Of a DNA stretch of 64,000 nucleotides, positions 48,401 to 56,030 are shown piece after piece. The number at the start of each line of letters is the position of its first letter. Position 1 is the first letter of the stretch. The stretch comes from a virus, in IMG/VR virus record IMGVR_UViG_3300047160_002519, positions 1-64,000 of that record. One strand, 5' to 3'. Under the pieces are notes generated by a model. It did not search any database. It had not been told where the DNA came from and saw only the letters and a list, made by a program, of their open reading frames with translations. The position numbers and the translations under genes were made by a program.

Positions 48401-50027
48401 GCTCGATGTCGGCGGATCGCTGCTGTTCCGGGCACAGGGCGAACCGAAGGGCGACAAGTGGGGACCGAAGGTTAGCGAGACGCTCACGCTGCTCGACTCT
48501 GGCATGAACCCGGACACGGCGGCGCTGTTCGGCGGCATGACGAAGGATGAGAAGATCGCCAGCGCCAAGCAAGTCACGGAAATTCCGAACAACGCGATCC
48601 GCGAGGTGGTCGCTGCGGGCGGGATGGATGAGGAGATGGCGAACACGCTGATCGCGCGCAAGAACGATATCGCGGCGCAAGTCGGCCTGACACCTGCGGG
48701 CGACACCAATCCTGAGTGGGAAGCGCTGCACCCGCGCGGTCCTGGCGGCAAGTTCGTGGCCAAGCCGGGCGGCGAGGAGCCTGCCGGATTGGGCGGCAAC
48801 GAGCCGAGCCCGACCCCGCAGTTCAAAACTAAGAAGGAATTGGTCGGGCATCTGCTCTCGAACCCCGATGGCGTGACGATGGCCGAGGTGCTCAAGCAGA
48901 CCGGCTGGCCGTCCGTCTCGATGAATGCCCAGGCGGCTGCGATGGGAATGAAACTCGAGAAAAAGAAGGTCGGCGGCGAGGTGAAGTACTTCGGCACGCC
49001 GATGACGGACGCCGAGAAGGCCGATCTCAAGAACAAAGCAAAAGCGAAGCTGGCGAAATCAGCCGCGCCCATTGCGCCCGCGCCGCCACCGAAGCCTGCA
49101 GCAAGCGAGTTTCCGACCCCGAGCCCGGAGGAGGCGACAAAAGCCAAGAAGGGCACGCCACTCAAGATGGCCTACATCCCCGAGCCGAAGCCATTGGTCA
49201 AAGCCAATTTCGACATCGCTGAGAAGATCATCAAAGGCTTCAATGATAAGTGGGCGGGCAAAGAACTGACTGATCCGAAGGAGATCGCGCAGAAGGTTTT
49301 TCATTTCAAGCAGATCGCGGGCGCAATCAACGATATCGGGGCGCAGGAGCAAAAGGATAAGCAGGCCAAGCAGGCGGTCGAGCAGAAAAAGGCCGCCGAG
49401 GAACTCAAGAAAACGCAGGCATCGCAGAAGGGCCAACTCGATGCCTACATGAAGGAACTGGGCATCACCGCGAGCGAGGCACAGGGCTTCCTCGCGCTCG
49501 CCAATATGCACGCGGGATCGAAGGGCGATCTGGTCAAGAAGTTTCAGAGCTACAAGGATCAGGCGGGAAACCTCGGGCTGCCGATCTCGGGATTCCAGTA
49601 CGCACTCTTGCAGGACTACATCGACGGCGGCTACGGCACGATCAACAAGGCGCTACGTGAGGGCGTGATCAGCCAGGAACAGCACGTCTACACCAAGATG
49701 ATGAACAAGGCGCTCGATGCCTTCCCGAAGTTCGAAGGCATGCTGTCACGCGGCACGCATCTCTCCAACCAAGACATCGCGCGCTACAAGCCGGGCCATG
49801 TCATCACGCACCATTCGTTCACCTCGGCTGGCGAAGGCTTCAGTTTCGGCGGCAACGTCCACTACAAGATCAAGGCGATCGGCAAGCGCGGCGCGAACGT
49901 GCAGGCGGTCAACCCGCACGAGAAGGAAATCATCTTCAAGGCCAACACGCAGTTCTTGGTCAAGAGCGTCGAGACCAAGGGCGGCAAGACCACCATCGAG
50001 CTAGAGGAGATGGAGGACTATGGCTAA
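45408..50027 (+). CDS. Portal protein (DUF1073-like) fused to metallopeptidase, kinase-like, DUF3489-like and ADP-ribosyltransferase domains
   Basis: FLGYP.L.E.AQR.E.R, IH.SRL, PD.LKPAY.FGG, IP.VK..GI.P.GLNATSEGE; then HEAGH; GSNEGG/YVK/WLGNWD/DVGGSL; R-S-ExE. Confidence 0.92.
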   Translation: MANGWGGHRNGSGRKRTRSNVIPFKAKPKLIEATAIERPRPMFSDESVRLIIEAMSEQQGRARNRPRTPDWNPYIIRQHLFGASANHIARHKPQMAMDANPALADANAVAVQAWQTGGLAGNDAAEGLLFLGYPFLSEMAQRAEFRLFGEIMSEEMTRKFIDFKGTDDESTKDEKKDKDKGREDDDERDQDDMAGDEAPQPLFGEDPLKQEGADPLGQKRDDPETDKDEKEARSDDRNKEIERKIVELREFADDIKLRQVFKMLAQHDSQFGIGHLFLDLKGANLDDPRDPENRMDIGDGRNDVSKSKLSRNCLKGLRTIEPVWCYPTLYNATNPLHPSWYDPQVWYVMGSEIHKSRLIPLIGRPVPDILKPAYAFGGLPMTQMAQPYVDIWLRTRQSVAEIIHAFSVMVLQTNMGTTVQPGGSSGGAGDVVARMMLMNALRDNQGMMIIDKSTEDFKNISAPLGTLDQLQAQSQEHMYSVARIPAVKWTGIQPQGLNATSEGEMRAFNDTIHGYQEQLFRTALNTIVDIMMISLWGKRDPDITFDFAALHELTEKEQAEVEKMKAETAQIRVDSGIVSQEEIRGVLVADPDSDFHGLDPEDTPDLLGEEEQGLIPPGAGKAEQGILGAGGAGGPPQPGKPPGGPPQGGKGPFNAPAKPKRAPAFGKDEALGLGTAFQDAEGKDKLGYFEGLGKLEVIPDKDQWHAEYISDSDTIEVQRKLTFDPAQEIVRTLLHEAGHRGQMREDKAAFRRFKKAKLDTTEHFVALANNVHLADFRCTGHIEDKSGEIFSESYAHWCLDMPMPEKLQRFWDREGGDPMAMDAEWDESKHPRDKSGKFGSGGGGGAKKAEGAGAAKPKASHHGGPNASPQKPFAPLHPSSLTKVSGKMGSNEGGVYKDKGGQEYYVKQPKSAAHVTNENTAARLYQLTGAHTLEYMDAGPKHVATKLEKLVANNVSQMTSEEKKTAQKDFMTHAWLGNWDAAGMGGDNQGVLNGKVTTLDVGGSLLFRAQGEPKGDKWGPKVSETLTLLDSGMNPDTAALFGGMTKDEKIASAKQVTEIPNNAIREVVAAGGMDEEMANTLIARKNDIAAQVGLTPAGDTNPEWEALHPRGPGGKFVAKPGGEEPAGLGGNEPSPTPQFKTKKELVGHLLSNPDGVTMAEVLKQTGWPSVSMNAQAAAMGMKLEKKKVGGEVKYFGTPMTDAEKADLKNKAKAKLAKSAAPIAPAPPPKPAASEFPTPSPEEATKAKKGTPLKMAYIPEPKPLVKANFDIAEKIIKGFNDKWAGKELTDPKEIAQKVFHFKQIAGAINDIGAQEQKDKQAKQAVEQKKAAEELKKTQASQKGQLDAYMKELGITASEAQGFLALANMHAGSKGDLVKKFQSYKDQAGNLGLPISGFQYALLQDYIDGGYGTINKALREGVISQEQHVYTKMMNKALDAFPKFEGMLSRGTHLSNQDIARYKPGHVITHHSFTSAGEGFSFGGNVHYKIKAIGKRGANVQAVNPHEKEIIFKANTQFLVKSVETKGGKTTIELEEMEDYG

Positions 50028-50286
50028 ACGACCCCCGAACCGCAGCATGGAAACCGACGATGTGCCGCTCGGGATGTTCGGCGGCGAACTCGACAGCGTA
50101 CCGCTTGCGGAGTTTGAAAATCGCCGCCGCGAGCGCAATGACTACGAAAAGCACTGGGACGAAGTGATGCGGCTGCTCGAACGCACCGGCGAGGACCAGC
50201 CAACTGAAGTCGACCTCGACGCGATGAGCCCCGAGGAGTTGGAAGATTTAATAGCAGGGCTGGACGAAAAGCCGGGCAAGGGATAA
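50020..50286 (+). CDS. Small acidic protein coupled to the portal-ART gene
   Basis: 8-nt overlap, RBS GGAGG, D/E-rich. Confidence 0.65.
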   Translation: MAKRPPNRSMETDDVPLGMFGGELDSVPLAEFENRRRERNDYEKHWDEVMRLLERTGEDQPTEVDLDAMSPEELEDLIAGLDEKPGKG

Positions 50287-50319
50287 AAGTCCCCGCCGCA
50301 CGAGGCCAGGGGAATGCAC

Positions 50320-50529
50320 ATGACAGCAGAACAGGCAGAGTGGCTGCGAGAGCACCGCGCCGAAGGCTATCGCGTGTGCGGGCAGCCACCCGCCGATGGG
50401 CATCACCGCTTCGTTAAGGTCGGGATGCTCTATCCGGACGGCAGCTTCGAGCGCAAGCAGAGCGCACACTGGCGCTACACCAAGGCGATCGAGGGCATGT
50501 TTGAGTGCGGGGTTTTGACGGAAGTTTAA
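50320..50529 (+). CDS. Hypothetical protein, related to 53086..53436
   Basis: EQ..WL...F...G.L...G.F. Confidence 0.55.
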   Translation: MTAEQAEWLREHRAEGYRVCGQPPADGHHRFVKVGMLYPDGSFERKQSAHWRYTKAIEGMFECGVLTEV

Positions 50530-50548
50530 ACAAAAGGGAGAGAGACAA

Positions 50549-50881
50549 ATGCGGAAGATGCTCGCACTCTATGCCACGTTGCTGGCAGGCACTCACATGG
50601 TCAGCGACTACATCAAGCCGTTCCAGATGGAAGGCGATTTTGATGAGCCGATCGTGGTCCCGATCCAATGGGGCGGCTACGGCTACGGGGGTCCTTACTA
50701 CTACGGCCCCAATCCGTACTATCAACGCCGAGGCGATGGCTTTAGCTACAATCGACGAGGTTATGAGACTCCCTTCTCTGGCGAGATGGGAGAAGGAGGC
50801 ATGCGACAGATGCAACGCTGGCGCTACCAAAACCAATACTATGGTGGTCGCTATGGCTATGGCGGTGGATGGAACTGGTAG
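50549..50881 (+). CDS. Gly/Tyr-rich protein with hydrophobic leader
   Basis: GGYGYGG repeats. Confidence 0.55.
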   Translation: MRKMLALYATLLAGTHMVSDYIKPFQMEGDFDEPIVVPIQWGGYGYGGPYYYGPNPYYQRRGDGFSYNRRGYETPFSGEMGEGGMRQMQRWRYQNQYYGGRYGYGGGWNW

Positions 50882-50901
50882 CGGTATCAACGAGGGAAGC
50901 A

Positions 50902-51249
50902 ATGCTGAATACGGTGATCCGGCTCGCCATCGGGCCGAAGGACAAGGCGATGTGGGGTTCACACGACATGTTGCACGATGTGATCTGGCGCATCCAGAAG
51001 CCGGTCCTGCGGGTGACGGAGCTACGCGCGGTCAATGACACTGCCGGTCCCGCATGGTGCTCGATCCTGCGCAACACCGAGACCCACATCTGCGAAATCC
51101 TGGCCGATCGCGGGGTGCGCTGGGCGTACCGGAAAAAGACCGGCAACGATCCGCTGCCCGAGATTGTGGGCGACATCAAAGCTTGGTCGGCGTTCACCGA
51201 CCACGACATCGATGCCTACTGGGGACTGAAGGCATGGCCAGCGGTGTAG
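50902..51249 (+). CDS. Hypothetical protein
   Basis: Tiled ORF. Confidence 0.5.
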   Translation: MLNTVIRLAIGPKDKAMWGSHDMLHDVIWRIQKPVLRVTELRAVNDTAGPAWCSILRNTETHICEILADRGVRWAYRKKTGNDPLPEIVGDIKAWSAFTDHDIDAYWGLKAWPAV

Positions 51250-51259
51250 GGGTTAGCCC

Positions 51260-52042
51260 ATGAAGCGGCCGAAAACCCTGCGCGCGATCCAGCCGAACGC
51301 GGGCATCGCGGCGGCATACGAGGGCAAGCTGCGGCGTGCGATCGAGGCGATGATCAAATCTTATTCATGGTGGGTGACGGCAGCCTACCGCGCGAATCCA
51401 CCCGCCACCATGGCCATGGACTCGTTCCGCGATCTGGAGAAGGCGCTGCGCCAGCTTGGCATCGCCTGGGAAAAGAAGTTCGACCGGATGGCAAAGGAGA
51501 TGGGCGAATACTTCGCGATCGCGCTTGCCAAGCGGGACAAGCAACAAATCCATGCCATCATGAAAAAGGCCGGGTGGACGGTCCCCTACAAGAAAACCCG
51601 GGCGATGAACGAAGTGATGACCGCGATCACCGCCGAGAATGTCGCGCTAATCAAAACCATCCCGAAACAATTTCACGGCAAGATCGAGCCGATGGTGATG
51701 GCCTCGGTTGCGGCCGGGCGTGACATCGGCACGCTGCGCAAGCAACTCCAGAGCACTTTCAAGGTCACGCGGACGCGAGCCACGCTGATCGCGCGCGACC
51801 AGAACAACAAGGCGACAAACCAGCTTGCGCGCGTGCGCTACATGGGGATGGACCTCAAGCAAGCGGTATGGATGCACTCCCACGCGGGAAAAACGCCCCG
51901 CAAGAGCCACCTCGCAAACCACGGAAAAACCTTTAATCTTGATACCGGATGGTTTGATCCGGATGAGCGGAAATGGATATTGCCGGGGTTTTTGATAAAT
52001 TGCCGCTGCACGATGCGGCCAGTGGTGGCGGCGTTTACATGA
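51260..52042 (+). CDS. MuF / head morphogenesis protein (SPP1 gp7-like)
   Basis: ENV.LIK.IP, RA.LIARDQNNKA, W.HS...PR.SH, PG..INCRC. Confidence 0.92.
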   Translation: MKRPKTLRAIQPNAGIAAAYEGKLRRAIEAMIKSYSWWVTAAYRANPPATMAMDSFRDLEKALRQLGIAWEKKFDRMAKEMGEYFAIALAKRDKQQIHAIMKKAGWTVPYKKTRAMNEVMTAITAENVALIKTIPKQFHGKIEPMVMASVAAGRDIGTLRKQLQSTFKVTRTRATLIARDQNNKATNQLARVRYMGMDLKQAVWMHSHAGKTPRKSHLANHGKTFNLDTGWFDPDERKWILPGFLINCRCTMRPVVAAFT

Positions 52043-52293
52043 CGTGGACGCGCGAGCGCAAAGAGGCAATGAGGCAACGCTACCTCGGGCGCAAGATGTC
52101 GGATGAAGCGCGGCGCAACATGGCCGAAGCGCACACCGGCAAGCGGCATTCCGAGGAGACCAAAGCCAAGATCGGCGCGGCGCGGCGCGAGGCCTACCGG
52201 CTCAAGGCGCTGGAGCAGATACGGCGGATGGAGCAGATCGCGGATGAACCGCCCGGCTGGCGCTCGCGCGAGATCAGGCAGCAACGATCATGA
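52039..52293 (+). CDS. NUMOD3-repeat DNA-binding protein without nuclease domain
   Basis: GRKMSDEAR..M and GKRHSEETKAKI. Confidence 0.7.
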   Translation: MTWTRERKEAMRQRYLGRKMSDEARRNMAEAHTGKRHSEETKAKIGAARREAYRLKALEQIRRMEQIADEPPGWRSREIRQQRS

Positions 52294-52459
52294 TCGTGAC
52301 ACATCCGCGCTATTGGTGGGGAATCCGCCACATCCGCTATTTCCACCTGCTCTATCTTGTGAATCGGCACTACGACCAGTGGATGGAACTCGGCGTTCTG
52401 CCTGTTCACGCCGATCGCGACTACGAACACCTCGATGCGATCTGGCGGGGAGAGGCGTG

Positions 52460-52738
52460 ATGGATGAGTTCGCGGCCGTTTTCTATTTCATCATCGCCAC
52501 GGTGGCCGACTCGCCATTGCAGCCAACGCAGATCGGGCCGTTGACGCAGGTTGGCTGCGCCGAGCTACAGGCAAACATGCCGAAGTCGGTCCCGGGAATC
52601 TGCAAGCGAGTGGTGGGAATGAAGTCATGTAACGATCCGGATAAGCCGTGGATGGGCTACGCATGTCCGGTATTTGAAGGGGAGACCAAGTCAACGAGTG
52701 GAGGCAACAATGCGAAGAAACAAAGCAAGGGGAAGTGA
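52460..52738 (+). CDS. Small 4-Cys protein with hydrophobic leader
   Basis: TGATG coupling. Confidence 0.45.
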   Translation: MDEFAAVFYFIIATVADSPLQPTQIGPLTQVGCAELQANMPKSVPGICKRVVGMKSCNDPDKPWMGYACPVFEGETKSTSGGNNAKKQSKGK

Positions 52739-52970
52739 AACTCCGAACGGAGGGCGTCAGATATCGGTGAAGTTCGAACCCGACGATTTCGAGGAGATCG
52801 CGGAGATCGCGGATATCAGTCAGGTGCCGTTTGGCGCGCTGATCCGGATCTGGGCATTGCAGGCGCGCGATTCGTGGAAGCGGGAAAATTGGCAGCACGG
52901 CAAGCTGACCAGCGAAGCATTCCATGCTAATAAAATCGAGCAGGTGCGTGGTAGGGCTGCGGGCTCATAA
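52710..52970 (+). CDS. Ribbon-helix-helix-like protein
   Basis: RQISVKF...F.EI...A...P..ALIR. Confidence 0.55.
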   Translation: MRRNKARGSETPNGGRQISVKFEPDDFEEIAEIADISQVPFGALIRIWALQARDSWKRENWQHGKLTSEAFHANKIEQVRGRAAGS

Positions 52971-53085
52971 CCCTCGGCCGGACGTTCAAATCGATCCACC
53001 TGCTGTTCATGGTAGGCAGAACCAATGGCGGCGGCCGTGCCGTTATCCTCCTGGCGGCACGGCCAGCCGGGATAAGGAGATCGTG

Positions 53086-53436
53086 ATGCCAGACGAACCG
53101 CAGGGAATGGTGGTGCTGCCCGAGACGCAACCCGCGCCCGCGCCCAACAAGCCGCCAATCGATCCGCCGCCAATCGACCCGCCGCCAATCGACCCGCCCG
53201 GACCTGTCGATCCGGTTGAGGAGATCACCTACGTCGGACCCCAGATACCACCACCGAACGATGCGCAATATGCGTGGCTGGCACAGAACCCGCAATTCAT
53301 GCGCATCTCGCATGCGCTTAGCACTTTCACCGCGCGCGGCACGCTCGATACGGGCGGCAACTTCACGCCCGAGGGACCGGGCACGCCGGTGCTGGACAGC
53401 ATGGATGGCAGTTTTGGAGTCGGAATCCCGAGGTAG
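53086..53436 (+). CDS. Pro-rich N-terminal hypothetical protein
   Basis: RBS AAGGAG; (PPIDP)x3. Confidence 0.6.
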   Translation: MPDEPQGMVVLPETQPAPAPNKPPIDPPPIDPPPIDPPGPVDPVEEITYVGPQIPPPNDAQYAWLAQNPQFMRISHALSTFTARGTLDTGGNFTPEGPGTPVLDSMDGSFGVGIPR

Positions 53437-53484
53437 CCAACGGGTAACCCGGCCAGCCTCCCGTCCGTAAGCTACCCGGGGTGG

Positions 53485-53518
53485 GCCTCCCGTCGCCCCA
53501 ACGGCGGGAGGCTTTTTT
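53485..53518 (+). terminator. Rho-independent terminator
   Basis: GCCTCCCGTCG/CGGCGGGAGGC followed by TTTTTT. Confidence 0.8.
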
Positions 53519-53551
53519 GCGACTCGCAAGGGCGCGTGATACAGAGCGCGC

Positions 53552-55990
53552 ATGATCCCGCAGCTATCCACCGTTCCGAATGCAGGACTCCCGGCGGGCT
53601 ACCGCAAGAAAACGCCCAACGGCAACGCGCGCATGGGCGCGGGGATCATGTTCACGAACGACGAAGGCAAGGCGCTGTTCGTTCGCCGCAGCAAGGAGGC
53701 AAGCGATCACCAGGGTGAGTGGGCTTTTCCTGGCGGTCACGTCGAGGAAGATGAGGAGCCCGCAGATGCAGCTCGTCGAGAGGCCATGGAGGAGGTTGGT
53801 CATATCGAGGGGTGGGACCTTGCGCCGATCCACCGCGAGACCTCGAATGAGGATCACGTGGATTTCACGACATTCGGTCAGCCTGTCTCAATGGAGTTTA
53901 AGCCCCGCCTCAATCATGAACACGATGCCCATGAATGGTGCGATCCTGCTCATCCTCCTGAGCCTTTGCACCCCGGCGTTGCTTCTTTGCTTGCTCGCTT
54001 TTTCAAGGAGGAAGCCCGAGAACCAGAGCACGCGGGAGACCAAAGAATGAAGGCGGCCAAGAAGGACGTCGCCTACACCGACTACGCCTCGGACCAATCC
54101 GAGCGCTGCGGCATCTGCCGCGCCTTCAATGAGGACAAGTGCAAGAAGGTGGCGGGCGTCATCGAATCGTCCGGGTGGTGCAAGCTGTTCTCTCACGTCC
54201 CGATCGGCGCGACTGATTCGCAGTTGGTCCTGGCGCTAGATGCCACGGTGCGGAGTTTCGACACGGACGGCCGGATGCGGGTGAGCCGGACCAACATCTC
54301 GAAGGCGACCGTCAATCCGTACCGGGGCGAGGAAATCCCGACCTGGGAGGCGCTCGGCCTGATCCCCGACAAGGTCTATCAGATGTATCGCCCGGCGCAT
54401 GAACTGGCGCTCGGCGCAAAAACGTTCAACAGCGTGCAACTGCTGAAAAAGCACACGCCAGTGGACATCGAAGATCACAAGATGTGGGACATCGTAGGCA
54501 CCACCGGGAGCGACGCGGAGTTCGACGGGACCTACCTGACTAATTCGCTTTCGGTGTGGGCGAAGGAAGCGATTGACTTCATCGAGTCCGGGGCACAGCG
54601 GGAGTTGAGCTGCGGCTATCACTATGTCCCGGTAATGACACCCGGCATCTTTGATGGTAAGCCTTACGACGGTGTCATGACCCAGATCGAGGGAAATCAT
54701 GTCGCTCTCGTTGAGGAAGGCAGGGCGGGGCACGACTGTGTCGTCGGAGACTCGGCCCTCTCTCAGAGGGACAGCAAGATGACCAAGCCAACTCGCCTCG
54801 AACATGCAGTCCTAACGCGCACTGCATCTGCGATCAATCCGCTTCTTGCCAAGGACGCCAAGGTCAACTACGCCCCGCTGTTCAAAGGGCTCACCACCAA
54901 GAATTTCAAGGAACGCAGGCCCGCCATCGTCGAGGGCATGCGCAAGCTGATCAAGGGCAAGACGATTGCCCAGGACGCCTCGATCGAGCATCTGGCGCAT
55001 ATGCTGGATCACTTCGAGCACGCACCCGCGATTGCGGACGAATCGGTGTCCGGTTCGCAGCACCGCGCCATGGAGGCGGCGGCGCACGGCCACTCGACGC
55101 TCGGCATCCCGAAAAATGTGGGTGAGGAGTTCTCGAAGGCCGACAAGGGAAAGACGTTCGGGGACATGATTCGCGACTGGGCGGCCGCGAAGGACTGGAA
55201 TGCCGGAATGTCCGATGACGACTTCTCGGCTTTGGACAAGATGCACTCCGACTGCAAGGATGGAGCCATGGGCGGACGCGACAAAGAAGAGACCCCCGAG
55301 GAATTCGAGAAGGCCGAGCACGAGATCGGTGGAGGCGAGGATCGCCGCGCTGATGACCGGCGAGGAGGCCGCGACCGGCGAGGCCACGATCGCCGCGCCG
55401 ATGATGAGGAGGAGGAAGGCGGCGAGGAATTTGGCAAGTTTCATGAGAAGGAAGGCGAGGACGAATGGGAGGACAAGGAGGACGAGGGCGAGGATCAACT
55501 CGAAAACCTCGGCTCCGCTGCCCGCGACCGTCGCGCCGACGACCGGCGAGCGGATGATCGTCGCGATGCGCGCGATCGCCGCGATGGCTATGATCGCAAG
55601 GGCGGCCGTGACAAGAAGGGCGCGAAGGATGCCGCGCTGACCCAGGATTCGGTCAACAAAATGATCGAGGATGCCAGGATGCAGGAGCGCAGGCGGGCCA
55701 AGAACGCCAACGCCGCGCGCGAGTTCATTCGGCCCTATGTCGGTGCCGTCTCGATGGCGCTCGATTCCGCGGAGCAGGTCTTGCGGGCTGGCGCGAAGGC
55801 GCTGGAGATCGAGAATGCCGACAAGCTGCACCCGGACGCGCTCAAGCCGCTGATCAAGATGACCGGCGACATGCGGATGCGGCGCGTGGAGTATAATGGC
55901 GGCGAACTGGCGATGGACACCGATATGAAGGATGACGGTATCGCCAAGTTCAACAATATGTTCGGGGCAGACCGCATCAAGACGGTCTGA
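53552..55990 (+). CDS. Nudix + HiPIP-like + DUF2213 prohead protease + scaffold polyprotein
   Basis: Nudix box GGHVEEDEEPADAARREAMEEVG; CxxC..C..GWC; ISKA.VNPY.G.EIP, RELSCGY, GNHVALVEEGRAG; acidic scaffold. Confidence 0.92.
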   Translation: MIPQLSTVPNAGLPAGYRKKTPNGNARMGAGIMFTNDEGKALFVRRSKEASDHQGEWAFPGGHVEEDEEPADAARREAMEEVGHIEGWDLAPIHRETSNEDHVDFTTFGQPVSMEFKPRLNHEHDAHEWCDPAHPPEPLHPGVASLLARFFKEEAREPEHAGDQRMKAAKKDVAYTDYASDQSERCGICRAFNEDKCKKVAGVIESSGWCKLFSHVPIGATDSQLVLALDATVRSFDTDGRMRVSRTNISKATVNPYRGEEIPTWEALGLIPDKVYQMYRPAHELALGAKTFNSVQLLKKHTPVDIEDHKMWDIVGTTGSDAEFDGTYLTNSLSVWAKEAIDFIESGAQRELSCGYHYVPVMTPGIFDGKPYDGVMTQIEGNHVALVEEGRAGHDCVVGDSALSQRDSKMTKPTRLEHAVLTRTASAINPLLAKDAKVNYAPLFKGLTTKNFKERRPAIVEGMRKLIKGKTIAQDASIEHLAHMLDHFEHAPAIADESVSGSQHRAMEAAAHGHSTLGIPKNVGEEFSKADKGKTFGDMIRDWAAAKDWNAGMSDDDFSALDKMHSDCKDGAMGGRDKEETPEEFEKAEHEIGGGEDRRADDRRGGRDRRGHDRRADDEEEEGGEEFGKFHEKEGEDEWEDKEDEGEDQLENLGSAARDRRADDRRADDRRDARDRRDGYDRKGGRDKKGAKDAALTQDSVNKMIEDARMQERRRAKNANAAREFIRPYVGAVSMALDSAEQVLRAGAKALEIENADKLHPDALKPLIKMTGDMRMRRVEYNGGELAMDTDMKDDGIAKFNNMFGADRIKTV

Positions 55991-56030
55991 GACGTCGCGG
56001 TAACCGAGAACACGGCAGAGGAGAATCGAG

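Noticed and set aside
46962-48851. 629-aa minus-strand ORF
   Set aside because: Antisense shadow of the GC-rich portal polyprotein; no recognisable motifs
52039-52293. Homing endonuclease or intron
   Set aside because: Only NUMOD3 motifs, no GIY-YIG or HNH domain, and the flanking genes are intact
55340-55620. Short DNA repeats as a regulatory array
   Set aside because: They encode the DRRADD protein repeat
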